64,000 nt of DNA from Mobula hypostoma (lineage: Eukaryota). The stretch is from assembly GCF_963921235.1 (NCBI RefSeq), contig NC_086106.1, forward strand, positions 25,916,001 through 25,980,000, given 5' to 3'. Below the pieces are notes generated by a model, which saw nothing but the letters and a program-made list of their open reading frames with translations, had not been told where the DNA came from and searched no databases. The position numbers and the translations under genes are program-made. Shown here piece after piece: positions 9,308-21,586 of this stretch (its first letter is position 1; every line of letters begins with the position of its first letter).

Positions 9308-11108
9308 CAAGCAACATACATCAAAGTTGCTGGTGAACGCAGCAGGCCAAGCAGCATCTATAGGAAGAGGCGCAGTCGACGTTTCAGGCCGAGACCCTTC
9401 GTCAGGACTAACTGAAGGAAGAGTGAGTAAGGGATTTGAAAGCTGGAGGGGGAGGGGGAGATGCAAAATCATAGGAGAAGACAGGAGGGGGAGGGATAGA
9501 GCCGAGAGCTGGACAGGTGATAGGCAAAAAGGGATACGAGAGGATCATGGGACAGGAGGTCCGGGAAGAAAGACGGGGTGGGGTGACCCAGAGGATGGGC
9601 AAGAGGTATATTCAGAGGGACAGAGGGAGAAAAAGGAGAGTGAGAGAAAGAATGTATGCATAAAAATGAGTAACAGCTGGGGTACGAGGGGGAGGTGGGG
9701 CCTAGCGGAAGTTAGAGAAGTCAATGTTCATGCCATCAGGTTGGAGGCTACCCAGACGGAATATAAGGTGTTGTTCCTCCAACCTGAGTGTGGTTTCATC
9801 TTTACAGTAGAGGAGGCCGTGGATAGACATGTCAGAATGGGAATGGGATGTGCAATTAAAATGTGTGGCCACTGGGAGATCCTGCTTTCTCTGGCGGACA
9901 GAGCGTAGATGTTCAGCAAAGCGGTCTCCCAGTCTGCGTCGGGTCTCACCAATATATAAAAGGCCACATCGGGAGCACCGGACGCAGTATATCACCCCAG
10001 TCGACTCACAGGTGAAGTGATGCCTCACCTGGAAGGACTGTTTGGGGCCCTGAATGGTGGTAAGGGAGGAAGTGTAAGGGCATGTGTAGCACTTGTTCCG
10101 CTTACACGAATAAGTGCCAGGAGGGAGATCAGTGGGGAGCGATGGGGGGGACGAATGGACAAGGGAGTTGTGTAGGGAGCGATCCCTGCGGAATGCAGAG
10201 AGAGGGGGGGAGGGAAAGATGTGTTTAGTGGTGGAATCCCGTTGGAGGTGGCGGAAGTTACGGAGAATAATATGTTGGACCCGGAGGCTGGTGGGGTGGT
10301 AGGTGAGGACCAGGGGAACCCTATTCCTAGTGGGGTGGTGGGAGGATGGAGTGAGAGCAGATGTACGTGAAATGGGGGAGATGCGTTTAAGAGCAGAGTT
10401 GATAGTGGAGGAAGGGAAGCCCCTTTCTTTAAAAAATGAAGACATCTCCCTCATCCTAGAATGAAAAGCCTCATCCTGAGAGCAGATGCGGCGGAGACGG
10501 AGGAATTGCGAGAAGGGGATGGCGTTTTTGCAAGAGACAGGGTGAGAAGAGGAATAGTCCAGATAGCTGTGAAAGTCAGTAGGCTTATAGTAGACATCAG
10601 TGGATAAGCTGTCTCCAGAGACAGAGACAGAAAGATCTAGAAAGGGGAGGGAGGTGTCGGAAATGGACCAGGTAAACTTGAGGGCAGGGTGAAAGTTGGA
10701 GGCAAAGTTAATAAAGTCAACGAGTTCTGCATGCGTGCAGGAAGCAGCGCCAATGCAGTCGTCGATGTAGCGAAGGAAAAGTGGGGGACAGATACCAGAA
10801 TAGGCACGGAACATAGATTGTTCCACAAACCCAACAAAAAGGCAGGCATAGCTAGGACCCATACGGGTGCCCATAACTACACCTTTAGTTTGGAGGAAAT
10901 GGGAGGAGCAAAAGGAGAAATTATTAAGAGTAAGGACTAATTCCGCTAGACGGAGCAGAGTGGTGGTAGAGGGGAACTGATTAGGTCTGGAATCCAAAAA
11001 GAAGCGTAGAGCTTTGAGACCTTCCTGATGGGGGATGGAAGTATATAAGGACTGGATATCCATGGTGAAAATAAAGCGGTGGGGGCCAGGGAACTTAAAA
11101 TCATCGAA
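9308..11108 (-). mobile_element. 5'-truncated Penelope-like element (RT plus GIY-YIG endonuclease)
   Basis: Uninterrupted frame with MDIQSLYTSIP, GVVMGTRMGPSYA, RYIDD and VIYCVRC..YIGET..RFAEH, stop at 9702 and 3' UTR to 9308. A probable TSD AAGAAAGGA lies at 9299-9307 and 11109-11117. Confidence 0.92.
9374..9409 (-). ncRNA. Minimal type I hammerhead ribozyme motif in the Penelope UTR
   Basis: AGTC-CTGACGA-AGG gtctcgg CCT-GAAA-CG-TC-GACT. This gives helix I AGTC/GACT, the conserved cores, a 3-bp helix II and a GUC cleavage triplet. Confidence 0.8.
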
Positions 11109-12479
11109 AAGAAAGGAGAACGTCAGCATGGTTTCCTTAAGGGGAAGCTGCGGCCCCATGTTATTACTGTCATGGTAAGAGCATTGGCTGATTGGTAGGT
11201 AGCAGAGAGTGGTTATAAAATAATCCTTTTCTGGTTGGTTGCCGGTGGAAAGTGGTGCTCCGCGGGGGTCGGTGTTGGGACCTCTTCTTTTAATGTTGTA
11301 TATCAATGATTTAGATGATGGAATCGATGGCTTTGTTGCCAGCTTAGCAGATGATACATAGATTGGTGGAGGGTCAAGTAGTATTGATGAAACAGTTAAG
11401 TTACAGAAGGCTTCAGACAGATGATAAGAATGGGTAAGAGATGAGCAAATGAAATACAATGATGGAAAATACATGGACTTGCTCTTTGGTAGAATAAATA
11501 ATTGTACTATTTTCTAAAGGTGGAGAAAAGACAAACCTCTGATATGTAATGATGCAAGGAGACCTAGGAGTCCTCGTGCAGAACACACTCAAGTGCAGGT
11601 AGTGGCGGCGGTTAGGAAGACAAATGCAAGTTTAGAATTCATTTTAGAAGGTCGAGAATACAAGAGTGGGGATGTGATGCTGAGCCTAAAGTGGAACCGG
11701 TGAGGACTCACTTTGAGCATTGTGAGAAGTTTTGGGCTCGTCATTCAGGAAAAGATGCGTTGGCATTAAAGAGGGTTCAGAACAGGTTCCCAAAGATGAT
11801 TCCGGGAAGGCAAGGATTATCATAGGAGGAATGTTTGATGTTTATGAGCCTGTATCCACTGGAATTCAGAAGAACGAGGGTGAACTCATTGGTACCTTTC
11901 AAATGTTGAAAGGCAAAGATAAAGTCGATGCGGAAAGGATGTTTCCGATAGTGGTGAATTCTGCGAAAAGAGGGAACAGTCTCAGGATAGAGGTGTCATG
12001 GTCCGATCAGTGAAGTCCGCATTCCGGTTCATGGTCCGGTCCGTGGACTCAGGACTCCGGGTCTTCCAGCTGTCCCTTGTTTGAGTTAATCATTGGCACT
12101 TGATTCCCATCTTTGGGCTTGCAATATAAGTAACCTTGGGATTGAGTGTGGGCTGCTGGTTTGCCTTGTCAGTCCCCCATGGAGCAACCTGCTGATAAAA
12201 GCATCTGTGATCTCTAGGCTTGGTTGGAGGATCATTGCTTCAGGAAGCCTTGTTGCCACTTGTAGGAGTAGTCTTTGGGGTATGGATTCGGCTGTTTCTG
12301 AGCCGGCTGAGTGGCTGTAAGCCACTCTAAGCTATGTAAGGATCCGGCTGTTTCCGTAGTCAGCTGAGGTTGCTGGCCGAACTGAGACTTGGTGCTACCC
12401 TGCAGCAGAGATGGAACTGTCTGTTGTTCTTTGATGTTTGTCTCCTCTTGTCCTCGCCTCCGTGCGTCTGTCTCTGAGC

Positions 12480-13580
12480 TCCAAGAACCCCGGCCTCGAG
12501 GATCCCGCAGCCAAGCTCGAAGAACCCCAGCCTCGAGGATCCCAAGCCAAGCTCAAGACCCAAGACCCCAAGCCTCGAGGATCCCAAGCAAACACAAGAC
12601 CCAAGACCCCAAGCCTACCTCAAGACCCAAGACCCCAAGCCTCGAGGATCCCAAGCCAAGCTCAAGACCCAAGACCCCAAGCCTCGAGGATCCCAAGCAA
12701 AGCTCAAGACCGAAGACCCCAAGCCTCGAGGATCCCAAGCCAAGCTGAAGACCCAAGACCCCAAGCCTCGACGATCTCAAGCCAAGCTCAAGCCACAAGA
12801 CCCCAGCCTGCAGCCAAGCTCAAGACCCAAGACCCAAAGCCTCGAGCATCCCAAGCCAAGCTCAAGACCCAAGGCCCCAATCCTCGAGGATTCCAGGCCA
12901 AGCTCAAGCCCCAAGACCCCAGGCCTCGAGGATTCCAAGCCAAGCTCAAGACCCAAGACCTCAGGCCTCGAGGATTCCAAGCCAAAATCGACCCAAGAAC
13001 CCAAGCCTCGAGGATCCCAAGCCAAGCTAAAGACCCAAGACCCCAAGCCTTGAGGATCCCAAGCAAACACAAGACCAAAGACCCCAAGCCTCGAGGATCC
13101 CAAGCCTACCTCAAGACCCAAGACCCCAAGCCTCGAGGATCCCAAGCAAAGCTCAAGACCGAAGACCCCAAGCCTCGAGGATCCCAAGCCAAGCTGAAGA
13201 CCCAAGACCCCAAGCCTCGACGATCTCAAGCCAAGCTCAAGCCACAAGACCCCAGCCTGCAGCCAAGCTCAAGACCCAAGACCCAAAGCCTCGAGAATCC
13301 CAAGCCAAGCTCAAGACCCAAGGCCCCAATCCTCGAGGATTCCAGGCCAAGCTCAAGCCCCAAAACCCCAGGCCTCGAGGATTCCAAACCAAGCTCAAGA
13401 CCCAAGACCTCAGGCCTCGAGGATCCCAAGCCAAAATCAAGACCCAAGAACCCAAGCCTCGAGGATCCCAAGCCAAGCTAAAGACCCAAGACCCCAAGCC
13501 AGGTTCAATACCCAAGACCCCAGCTTCAAGCTTCAAGAGCTAAGACCCCAGCCTGACTCCAAACTCAGGCCTCTAAACCC
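12480..13580. repeat. About 42-bp unit tandem array inside the LTR, with a 449-bp higher-order duplication
   Basis: Unit CAAGCCAAGCTCAAGACCCAAGACCCCAAGCCTCGAGGATCC. The variant block at 12700-12845 recurs at 13149-13294. Confidence 0.9.
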
Positions 13581-14529
13581 CAGCCACGTCCTGTCCTGCA
13601 GCAATGTCATGTTTTTTCCTGGTTCCGTTTCCGAGCACGAGGCAAGACCCAGGTTCTGGGTCCTTCTCCAGTTTCGGGCTCGGAGTCCAAGCCTTGTCTC
13701 CTGGTCCATGTTTCCTAGTCCTGGTCCTGCTTTCCCTAGCCCAAGTATGCGTTCTTGTCCCTGCTCCTTACCTGATTCCTGTCACGTCCCTTCTCTAGTC
13801 AAGTCCTGTTACTTGTACATCAGTGTCTGTGTCTCGCATTTGGGTCTGTTTCCAGCACCCTATTGTATCAGAAGGAATCAACCAACCATCCACCCAGCAA
13901 CACAGACACTGGAGATTAACTCTCGCCATCCAGGATTCCCTACTGTCGAAACCTCCCACTCACCCGCCCTAGTTGTCCTTAGTCCTGGAGAACCTCTTCA
14001 GTCGCCCGGAGGCTCCCGTAGAAGTAGAGGCGGGGGACGGTTCTGTAATGGTCCGATTCGTGATGTCCGCATTCAGGTTCACGGACCGGTCCATGGACAC
14101 AGGACTCCGGGTCTTCCAGCTGTCTCTTGTTTGAGTTAATCTTTGGCACCTGTTTCTCATCTTTGGGATTGCAATCTAAGTAGCCTTGGTATTGAGTGTG
14201 GGCTGCTGGTTTGCCTTGTCAGGCCCCCTCGGAGCAACCTGCTGATAAAACTATTTATGATCTCTAGGTCTGATTGGAGGACCACTGCTTCATAGAGACT
14301 TGTTGACACTTGTAAGAGTAGTCTTTGGGGTTTGGATTCCGCTGTTACCTAGGCCAGCTGAGTGGCTGCCAGCCACTCCAAGCTAGGTAGGGATCCGGCT
14401 GTTTCCGTAGTCAGCTGAAGTTGCTGTCCGAACTGATTCTTGGAGCTACCCAGAGCAGAGTTGGAACTGTCTGTTTTTCTTTGGTGTTTGTCTCTTCTTG
14501 TCCTCGCCTCCGTGGGTCTGTCTCTGAGC

Positions 14530-15000
14530 TCCAAGAACCCCAACCTCGAGGAACCCGCAGCCAAGTTCCAAGAACCCCAGCTTCGAGGATCCCAAGCCAA
14601 GCTCAAGACCCAACACCCCATGCCTCGAGGATCCCAAGCCAAGCTCAGACCCAAGACCCCAAGCCTCAAGTATCCTAAGCCAAGCTCAAGACCGAAGACC
14701 CCAAGCCTCGGGGATACCAAGCCACGCTCAAGACCCAAGACCCCAAGCCTCAAGGATCCCAAGCCAACCTCAAGACCCAAGACCCGAAGCCTCGAGGATC
14801 CCAAGCCAAGCTCAAAGACCCCAAGCCTCGACGATCTCAAGCCAAGCTCAAGACCCAAGGCCCGAACCTGCAGCCAAGCTCAAGTCCCAAGATCCCAAGC
14901 CTCGAGGATCCCAAGCCAAGCTCAAGACCCAAGACCCCAGCCTCAAGCCTCAAGAGCTAAGACCCTAGCCTGTCTCCAAACTCAGGCCTCTAGACCCCAG
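14530..15000. repeat. Shorter array of the same 42-bp family in the second LTR
   Basis: Repeated CCAAGCCTCGAGGATCCCAAGCCAAGCTCAAGAC units. Confidence 0.85.
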
Positions 15001-16292
15001 CCACGTCCAGTCCTGAAGCCATGTCATGTCCTTGACTGGTTCCGGTTCCGAGCCCGAGGCAAGACCCAGGGTCTGGGTGTCTTATCCAGTCTCGGGCTCG
15101 GAGTCCAAGCCTTGTCTCCTGGTCCATGGCTCCTAGTCCTGTTCACGCTTTCCCTAGCCCAAGTATGCGTTCTTGTCCCTGCTCCTTGCCTGAATCCTGT
15201 CACGTCCATTCTCTAGTCAAGTCCTGTTCCTTGTAGTTCAGTGTCTGTGTCTCGCATTTGGGTCTGTTTCCAGCACCCTATTGTGACTAGAGGGGCGTCA
15301 ATTTAAAACTGTGGTGCGGAGAAATATCTTTTACCAGAGGGTGGAAAATTTGTGGAATTTGTTATCACGGGTATCCGTGGAGGGCAGTATGTTGGGAGTA
15401 TTTAAGGCAGATGGTGATAGGTTCTTGGTTGAACATGGCATCAAAGGTTACAAGGGGAAGGCCAGCAGGTGGTGCTGAGGAAAGACCAATGGATCAGCCA
15501 TGATTGACAGACTCGATGTGCCGAATGGCCTATTTATACCGCTATCTTTTATCGTCTTATGCTGTCTTTCATTATGAGCAGGTTTAAGCAGAGGGGCACA
15601 CTTCTTCGCTCGCGGCTCTTCTGGTGCGTCTTCTTTTTGTCTGATCCTTACTACGTCATGTCTCCTTCCCTTCATTGTCTCCCATAATCACTCCTCATTA
15701 CCTGTTTCCTATCTCTTCTCCCCACTATGGATACTCCTGTCTTTCTCTTTTCTATGTTCTCCATTGTTTTCCCATTTTCTCCACTCTTTCCTCCCTGACT
15801 CCCCCAGCCCACATGCTGAATATGCTGAATGTCTCCTTCCTTTTCGTTCTCCCCTCTCTGCCCTCGTTTTTCTCTGTGTTTTTTGTTTGTAACCGGTTTC
15901 TCTGTATTTCTCTCTCAATCATTTTGCTCTGCTACTCTGTCTCTCACTCTCTCTCGCTCTCTCTCGCTCGCTCTCTCTCTCTCTCACTCTGTCACTTTTT
16001 CTGCCATTCAATCTCTGTATCACTCAATGTGGTTATTTCACACACCAGTGAAGTTGTTGAAGAATGGACAGATAAAAATAAATAATCTAGTGATCTGGCT
16101 TACTAGGTTCATACCTGGCTCTCTGCCGGGTTTTAACAGGCTCATGGACAACTGTTTAAAATAACTGCACCATGGTTCCTCACTACGATAAGATTTATCT
16201 CTATCTACCTCTTCCGTCTTTGCCAAAGATTCCAAGTAGTCGTTTCACATTGGCCAAGCTTTATCCACGCATTGGTATATAGCCTCTTCTCA

Positions 16293-18547
16293 TAGTTAAT
16301 TCAGAAACAAAGGTTCTGAACTTAAAGAGGGGTAACTTTGAAGGTATGAGACGTGAATTAGCTAAGATAGACTGGCAAATGACACTTAAAGGATTGACGA
16401 TGGATATGCAATGGCAAGCATTTAAAGGTTGCATGGATGAACTACAATAATTGTTCATCCCAGTTTGGCAAAAAAATAAATCAAGGAAGGTAGTGCACCC
16501 GTGGCTGACAAGAGAAATTAGGGATAGTATCAATTCCAAAGAAGAAGCATACAAATTAGCCAAAGAAAGTAGCTCACCTGAGGACTGGGAGAAATTCAGA
16601 GTTCAGCAGAGGAGGACAAAGGGCTTAATTAGGAAGGGGGAAAAAGATTATGAGAGAAAACTGGCAGGGAACATAAAAACGGACTGTAAAAGCTTTTATG
16701 GATATGTAAAAAGGAAAACACTGGTAAAGACAAATGTAGGTCCCCTGCAGACAGAAACAGGTGAATTGATTATGGGGAGCAAGGACATGGCAGACCAATT
16801 GAATAATTACTTTGGTTCTGTCTTCACTAAGGAGGACATAAATAATCTTCCAGAAATAGTAGGGGACAGAGGGTCCGGTGAGATGGAGGAACTGAGCGAA
16901 ATACATGTTAGTAGGGAAGTGGTGTTAGGTAAATTGAAGAGATTGAAGGCAGATAAATCCCCAGGGCCAGATGGTCTGCATCCTAGAGTGCTTAAGGAAG
17001 TAGCTCAAGAAATAGTGGATGCTTTACTGGTAATTTTTCAAAACTCGTTAGATTCTGGACTAGTTCCTGAGGATTGGAGGGTGGCTAATGTAACTCCACT
17101 TTTTAAAAAAAGGAGGGAGAGAGAAACCGGGGAATTATAGACCGGTTAGCCTAACGTCGGTGGTGGGGAAACTGCTGGAGTCAGTTATCAAGAATGTGAT
17201 AACAGCACATTTGGAAAGCGGTGAAATGATCGGACAAAGTTAGCATGGATTTGTGAAAGGAAAATCATGTCTGACGAATCTCATAGAATTTTTGAGGATG
17301 TAACTAGTAGGGTGGATAGGGGAGAACCAGTGGATGTGGTATATTTGGATTTTCAAAAGGCTTTTGACAAGGTCCCACACAGGAGATTAGTGTGCAAACT
17401 TAAAGCACATGGTATTGGGGGTAAGGTATTGGTGTGGGTTGGAGAATTGGTTAGCAGACAGGAAGCAAAGAGTGGGAATAAACGGGACCTTTTCAGAATG
17501 GCAGGCGGTGACTAGTGGGGTACCGCAAGGCTCAGTGCTGGGACCCCAGTTGTTTACAATATATATTAATGACTTGGATGAGGGAATTTAATGCAGCATC
17601 TCCAAGTTTGCGGATGACACGAAGCTGGGTGGCAGTGTTAGATCTGAGGAGGATGCTAAGAGGATGCAGGGTGACTTGGATAGGTTGGGTGAGTGGGCAA
17701 ATTCATGGCAGATGCAATTTAATGTGGATAAATGTGAAGTTATCCACTTTGGTGGCAAAAATAGGAAAACAGATTATTATCTGAATGGTGGCCGATTAGG
17801 AAAATGGGGGTGCAATGAGACCTGGGTGTCATTATACACCAGTCATTGAAAGTGGGCGTGCAGGTACAGCAGGTGGTGAAAAAGGCGAATGGTATTCTGG
17901 CATTTATAGAGAGAGGATTCGAGTACAGGAGCAGGGAGGTACTACTGCAGTTGTACAAGGCCTTGGTGAGATAACACCTGGAGTATTGTGTGCAGTTTTG
18001 GTCCCCTAATCTGAGGAAAGACATCCTTGCCATAGAGGGAGTACAAAGAAGCTTCACCAGATTGATTCCTGGGATGGCAGGACTTTCATATGAAGAAAGA
18101 TTGGATGAACTGGGCTTGTAATCGTTGGAATTTAGAAGATTGAGGGGGGATCTGATTGAAACGTATAAGATCCTAAAGGGATTGGACAGGCTAGATGCAG
18201 GAAGATTGTTCCCGATGTTGGGGAAGTCCAGAACGAGGGGCCACAGTTTGAGGATAGAGGGGAAGCCTTTTAGGACCGAGATTAGGAAATACTTCTTCAC
18301 ACAGAGAGTGGTGAATCTGTGGAATTCTCTGCCACAGGAAACAGTTGAGGCCAGTTCATTGGCTATATTGAAGAGGGAGTTAGATATGGCCCTTGTGGCT
18401 ACGGGGATCAGGGGGTATGGAGGGAGCGCTGGGGCGGGGTTCTGAGTTGGATGATCAGCCATGATCATAATAAATGGCGGTGCAGGCTCGAAGGGCCGAA
18501 TTGCCTACTCCTGCACCTATTTTCTATGTTTCTATGTTTCTATGTTT
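16293..18547 (+). mobile_element. 5'-truncated CR1 LINE with frameshifted RT
   Basis: [39 protein letters not shown] and a (TTTCTATG)n tail. Confidence 0.92.
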
Positions 18548-19819
18548 ATCGCTAGTTTGTTCTGTGCCATATGCAAGTACACAGTTTTTACAATAATGGT
18601 TATACGACGTTAAAATTCTGAAAGAGGTTGTTCACTTGTTTTACTGTTCTGTGAGGTGCCTGGAGACAATGCAGCGATTAATATCACGTGGAGCAATTGT
18701 GGGATACGTGCAGACAACCGAACATTGGATGCTGCTGTTAGGGAATGAAGATGATACCCGGAATGGAGAAATGGCCTGTATTTCTCCACTTGCTAATGAC
18801 AGTTATGCTCTAAATCATCCTGGTTACTTATGTTGACTGTTCAAAATAGGAAAGGAAGGCAACCTGCGACCAGGTAGGGGATGGCTATCGAGACACTGGG
18901 GGGAAGGGAGTCGAAATAGTTTATCAAGAGAGGATCGGAGTAGTTGTGGAAAGAAAATAATTCTCGGGGGTGAGGTTGGAGCGGGTTGGAGAGGAGAAAT
19001 TTTCTAAGGGGCATTTACGTTGATCAGAAGGAGAGACAGGGAACGGCATTGCCGGAAGATTTGAACATTGAGAAATAAAACCTAATAACGTCGTTTTGCA
19101 GATACCCCATGGGAAAATACATGCAGTTCCATCAGTTTGTATTTTGCCTCACACTGCTGTTGGTGGAAGCCGGCAGGTCCGACTCTCCCTTTATATCAAA
19201 CCGCTATCCTCGTCTGTGCATCTTTCGGTCTTCCTCCCCTTCGAGTTCGAAACTGTAAGCAAGTAAAAAAAAAGCAATAAGCAACGTCTTTTCTGAGCAT
19301 AGGAGTCGGGTGTTCAATCTCTTGTTCCCTAACGATGTTGTCTTCATAAGGCTCTGTCCTGGGAAGGTGTGAAGGTGCCTGAGTCTCCTGGCTGGGCCCA
19401 CTTTGATGTGGAGGTTAGGCTGAGGGCACCCTCTGGTATGAGAGCCCACTGCAGTCAGGATCTAATTTTTGTCCAGATCCGCCTTCATCCCCAATCTCTG
19501 TGGGCTAATTTGCGCAAAGATGCAGCGCAGAAACCCACGCAAGAACTCCGGAGACAGTTTCCTGCTTTGGAAATCCGACATGGTTGTCTTCAGACCGAGC
19601 GACGTATGCGAGGATGAAGATTGTAAACATTATTCTAAAGTTTCCACGATACTGACTGTTCTACAGATAGGCGTTGGCAGTTCCTGAGCAATTTCAGCTC
19701 AGCGACATGCTCTGTTTTTCCTAATTCAATAATTCCTTCCGATCCTGGCTCAACTAATCCGGCCCATACGTACCTCTAACAAACCCAAAGTTTGTGAGGG
19801 GCGCCGGACCCTAATGGGT

Positions 19820-21360
19820 TGAGATAAGAAACTGCGAGGGTGACGGAACCCTGCTTGCAGCTACATACAAGCCTCCCGACAGCAGGTAGAATGTGGAGCA
19901 CGGATTACAAAAGAGGAAATAGAAAAGGCGTCTCAAAGGGTAATGTTATGATAGTCATGGGAGATGTCAACATGCAAGTTGATTGGGAAAGTCAGGTTAG
20001 ATATGGATCTCAAGAGAGTGAGTTTGTTGAATACCTATGAAAAGACATTATAGAGCAAATTGTCCATCACCCTACAAGGGGATCAGTTGTACACGATTGG
20101 GTGTTGTGCAATGAACTGGAGATAATTAGTGACCTCAGGATAAAAGAACAATTTCAAGGCAGTGATCCCAATATGATTGAGTTCAACTTGAAATTTGCCA
20201 GTGAGAAAGTAAAGTCTGACAAAGCAGAATTTCAACACAGTAAAGGAGATTTCAGTGGTATGAGAGAGGAGTCAGCCAACGAATTCAGAGAGGAGGACTT
20301 GGAAGGGCCGGCTGCAAGGGAAGACAACAGAGCGAAAAGGGCGTGAATTTCTGGGGAAAATGCGAAAGGTGCCCGATACCTGTATCCAAAAATGAGGAAA
20401 TACGCAAATGGAAAAGTAGTGCAACCGTGGCTGCACAAGGGGAGACAAAGGAAAGCAGCGGCTACACAACAAAGCAAAAGTTAGTAGCAAGACAGGCGAT
20501 TTTGAAGCTTTCAAAACCCGAGAGATCAACTAAAAGAATCATTAGGAGGAAAAAGATATCTGAGCGCAAGCTAGCAAACGACATCAAAGTAGATAGTAAA
20601 AGGCAGATGAACGATATGAGTATTTCGCATCAGGCTTCACTGTGGAAGACCCGAGCAGAGGGTCAGTCGTTCCAAGGTGCAAGCTATGAGAATCCAATTA
20701 TGTGAGCGCAATTACAGTTACAAGGGTGAAGGTCTTCAAAACGCTGAAGGACTTAAGGGTATATAAGTCATGCAAACCAGATGAACTGAATCCTTGCGTC
20801 CTAAAAGTAGCAGGGGTGGAGATTGCGGAGGCATTAGAAATGATTTTTCAAAATCATTGTTAATGATATAGATGATGGAATAGATGGCTGTATTGCCAAG
20901 TATGTAGATGATACAAAGATTGATGGAAGGATAACTCGTTCTGAGGATACATGCAGGCTACAGAAGGACAAAAAAGATGAGGAGAATGGGCAAGAGAGTG
21001 CAGACAAAGTACAATGTACTAAAATGAATGTCATGCACATTGGTATAAGAAATAACTGTGCAGACTATTTTGTAAACGGGGAGAAAATCCAAAAATCTAC
21101 GATGCAAAGAGACTTGGAGGTTCCAAATGCAGAACACCCTGATGGTTAACTTGCAGGTAGAGTCGATGGTGACGAAGGCAAATAAAATGCTAGCATTCAT
21201 TCAAGATGTCCAGAATACATGGGCAGAGACATAATGCAGAGGATTTATAAGACACGTGAGGCGTCAGCTTGAGCATTCTTGAGCATTGAGTTTTGGATTC
21301 CAATTCTAACAATGATGTAGTAGTATTGGAAAGGGTTCAGAGGATATTCACAAGGATGAC
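19820..21360 (+). mobile_element. Highly degenerate CR1 fragments
   Basis: Endonuclease remnant (VMIVMGDVN..DW) and RT-end remnants. Confidence 0.7.
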
Positions 21361-21458
21361 ACCGTCAGTCCCGCAAGCAAAGCAGCTGTCCAACTAATTG
21401 AAAAATGTAGTCTGTAATTTCTCCCCTTTCCCCTGGAGTTTCGCCTTCTTAAGTCAAT

Positions 21459-21524
21459 CACGTGACAGTGGTGGCTATGTGTTTGCGCCCCGGCTGTTTT
21501 CCGGCAAAGTGCTCCCTCTAGCGA
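21459..21524 (-). promoter_or_regulatory. RSS-downstream CTCF-like plus E-box module
   Basis: TCGCTAGAGGGAGC at 21524-21511, a weak second site at 21498-21485 and CACGTG at 21459-21464. Confidence 0.65.
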
Positions 21525-21547
21525 GCGCTCACTGCATCACGGAGGTC

Positions 21548-21586
21548 GGATTTTGTCCAGAGCCGGCATCGCCTTGCAACACTGTG
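21548..21586 (-). other. 23-RSS, near consensus
   Basis: CACAGTG (21586-21580), 23 nt, then ACAAAATCC (21556-21548). Confidence 0.93.

Larger units (their letters stand above)
11994..15288 (+). mobile_element. Internally deleted Gypsy-type LTR element: LTR 11994-13870, 173-bp internal part, LTR 14044-15288
   Basis: Two homologous LTRs start with TGT. A 5-bp TSD AGAGG lies at 11989-11993 and 15289-15293. The internal part has a gag-start-like sequence and a purine tract before the second LTR. Confidence 0.85.
8075..15560 (+). mobile_element. Degenerate CR1 LINE in three pieces (about 8075-9307, 11109-11993, 15289-15560) hosting nested insertions
   Basis: Esterase-like ORF1 remnant (VLVHFGTNDI) and RT remnants (NATTLFKK..GNCRPISLT). 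The sequence is continuous across both nested elements. Confidence 0.75.

Noticed and set aside
11109-11474. N-terminal 120 aa of the 590-aa ORF as part of the Penelope protein
   Set aside because: This part lies beyond the TSD and is antisense CR1 sequence that happens to be in frame.
12438-13481. 347-aa Lys/Pro/Gln-rich ORF and the overlapping ORFs
   Set aside because: They are translations of the stop-poor 42-bp LTR array and have no domain or gene structure.
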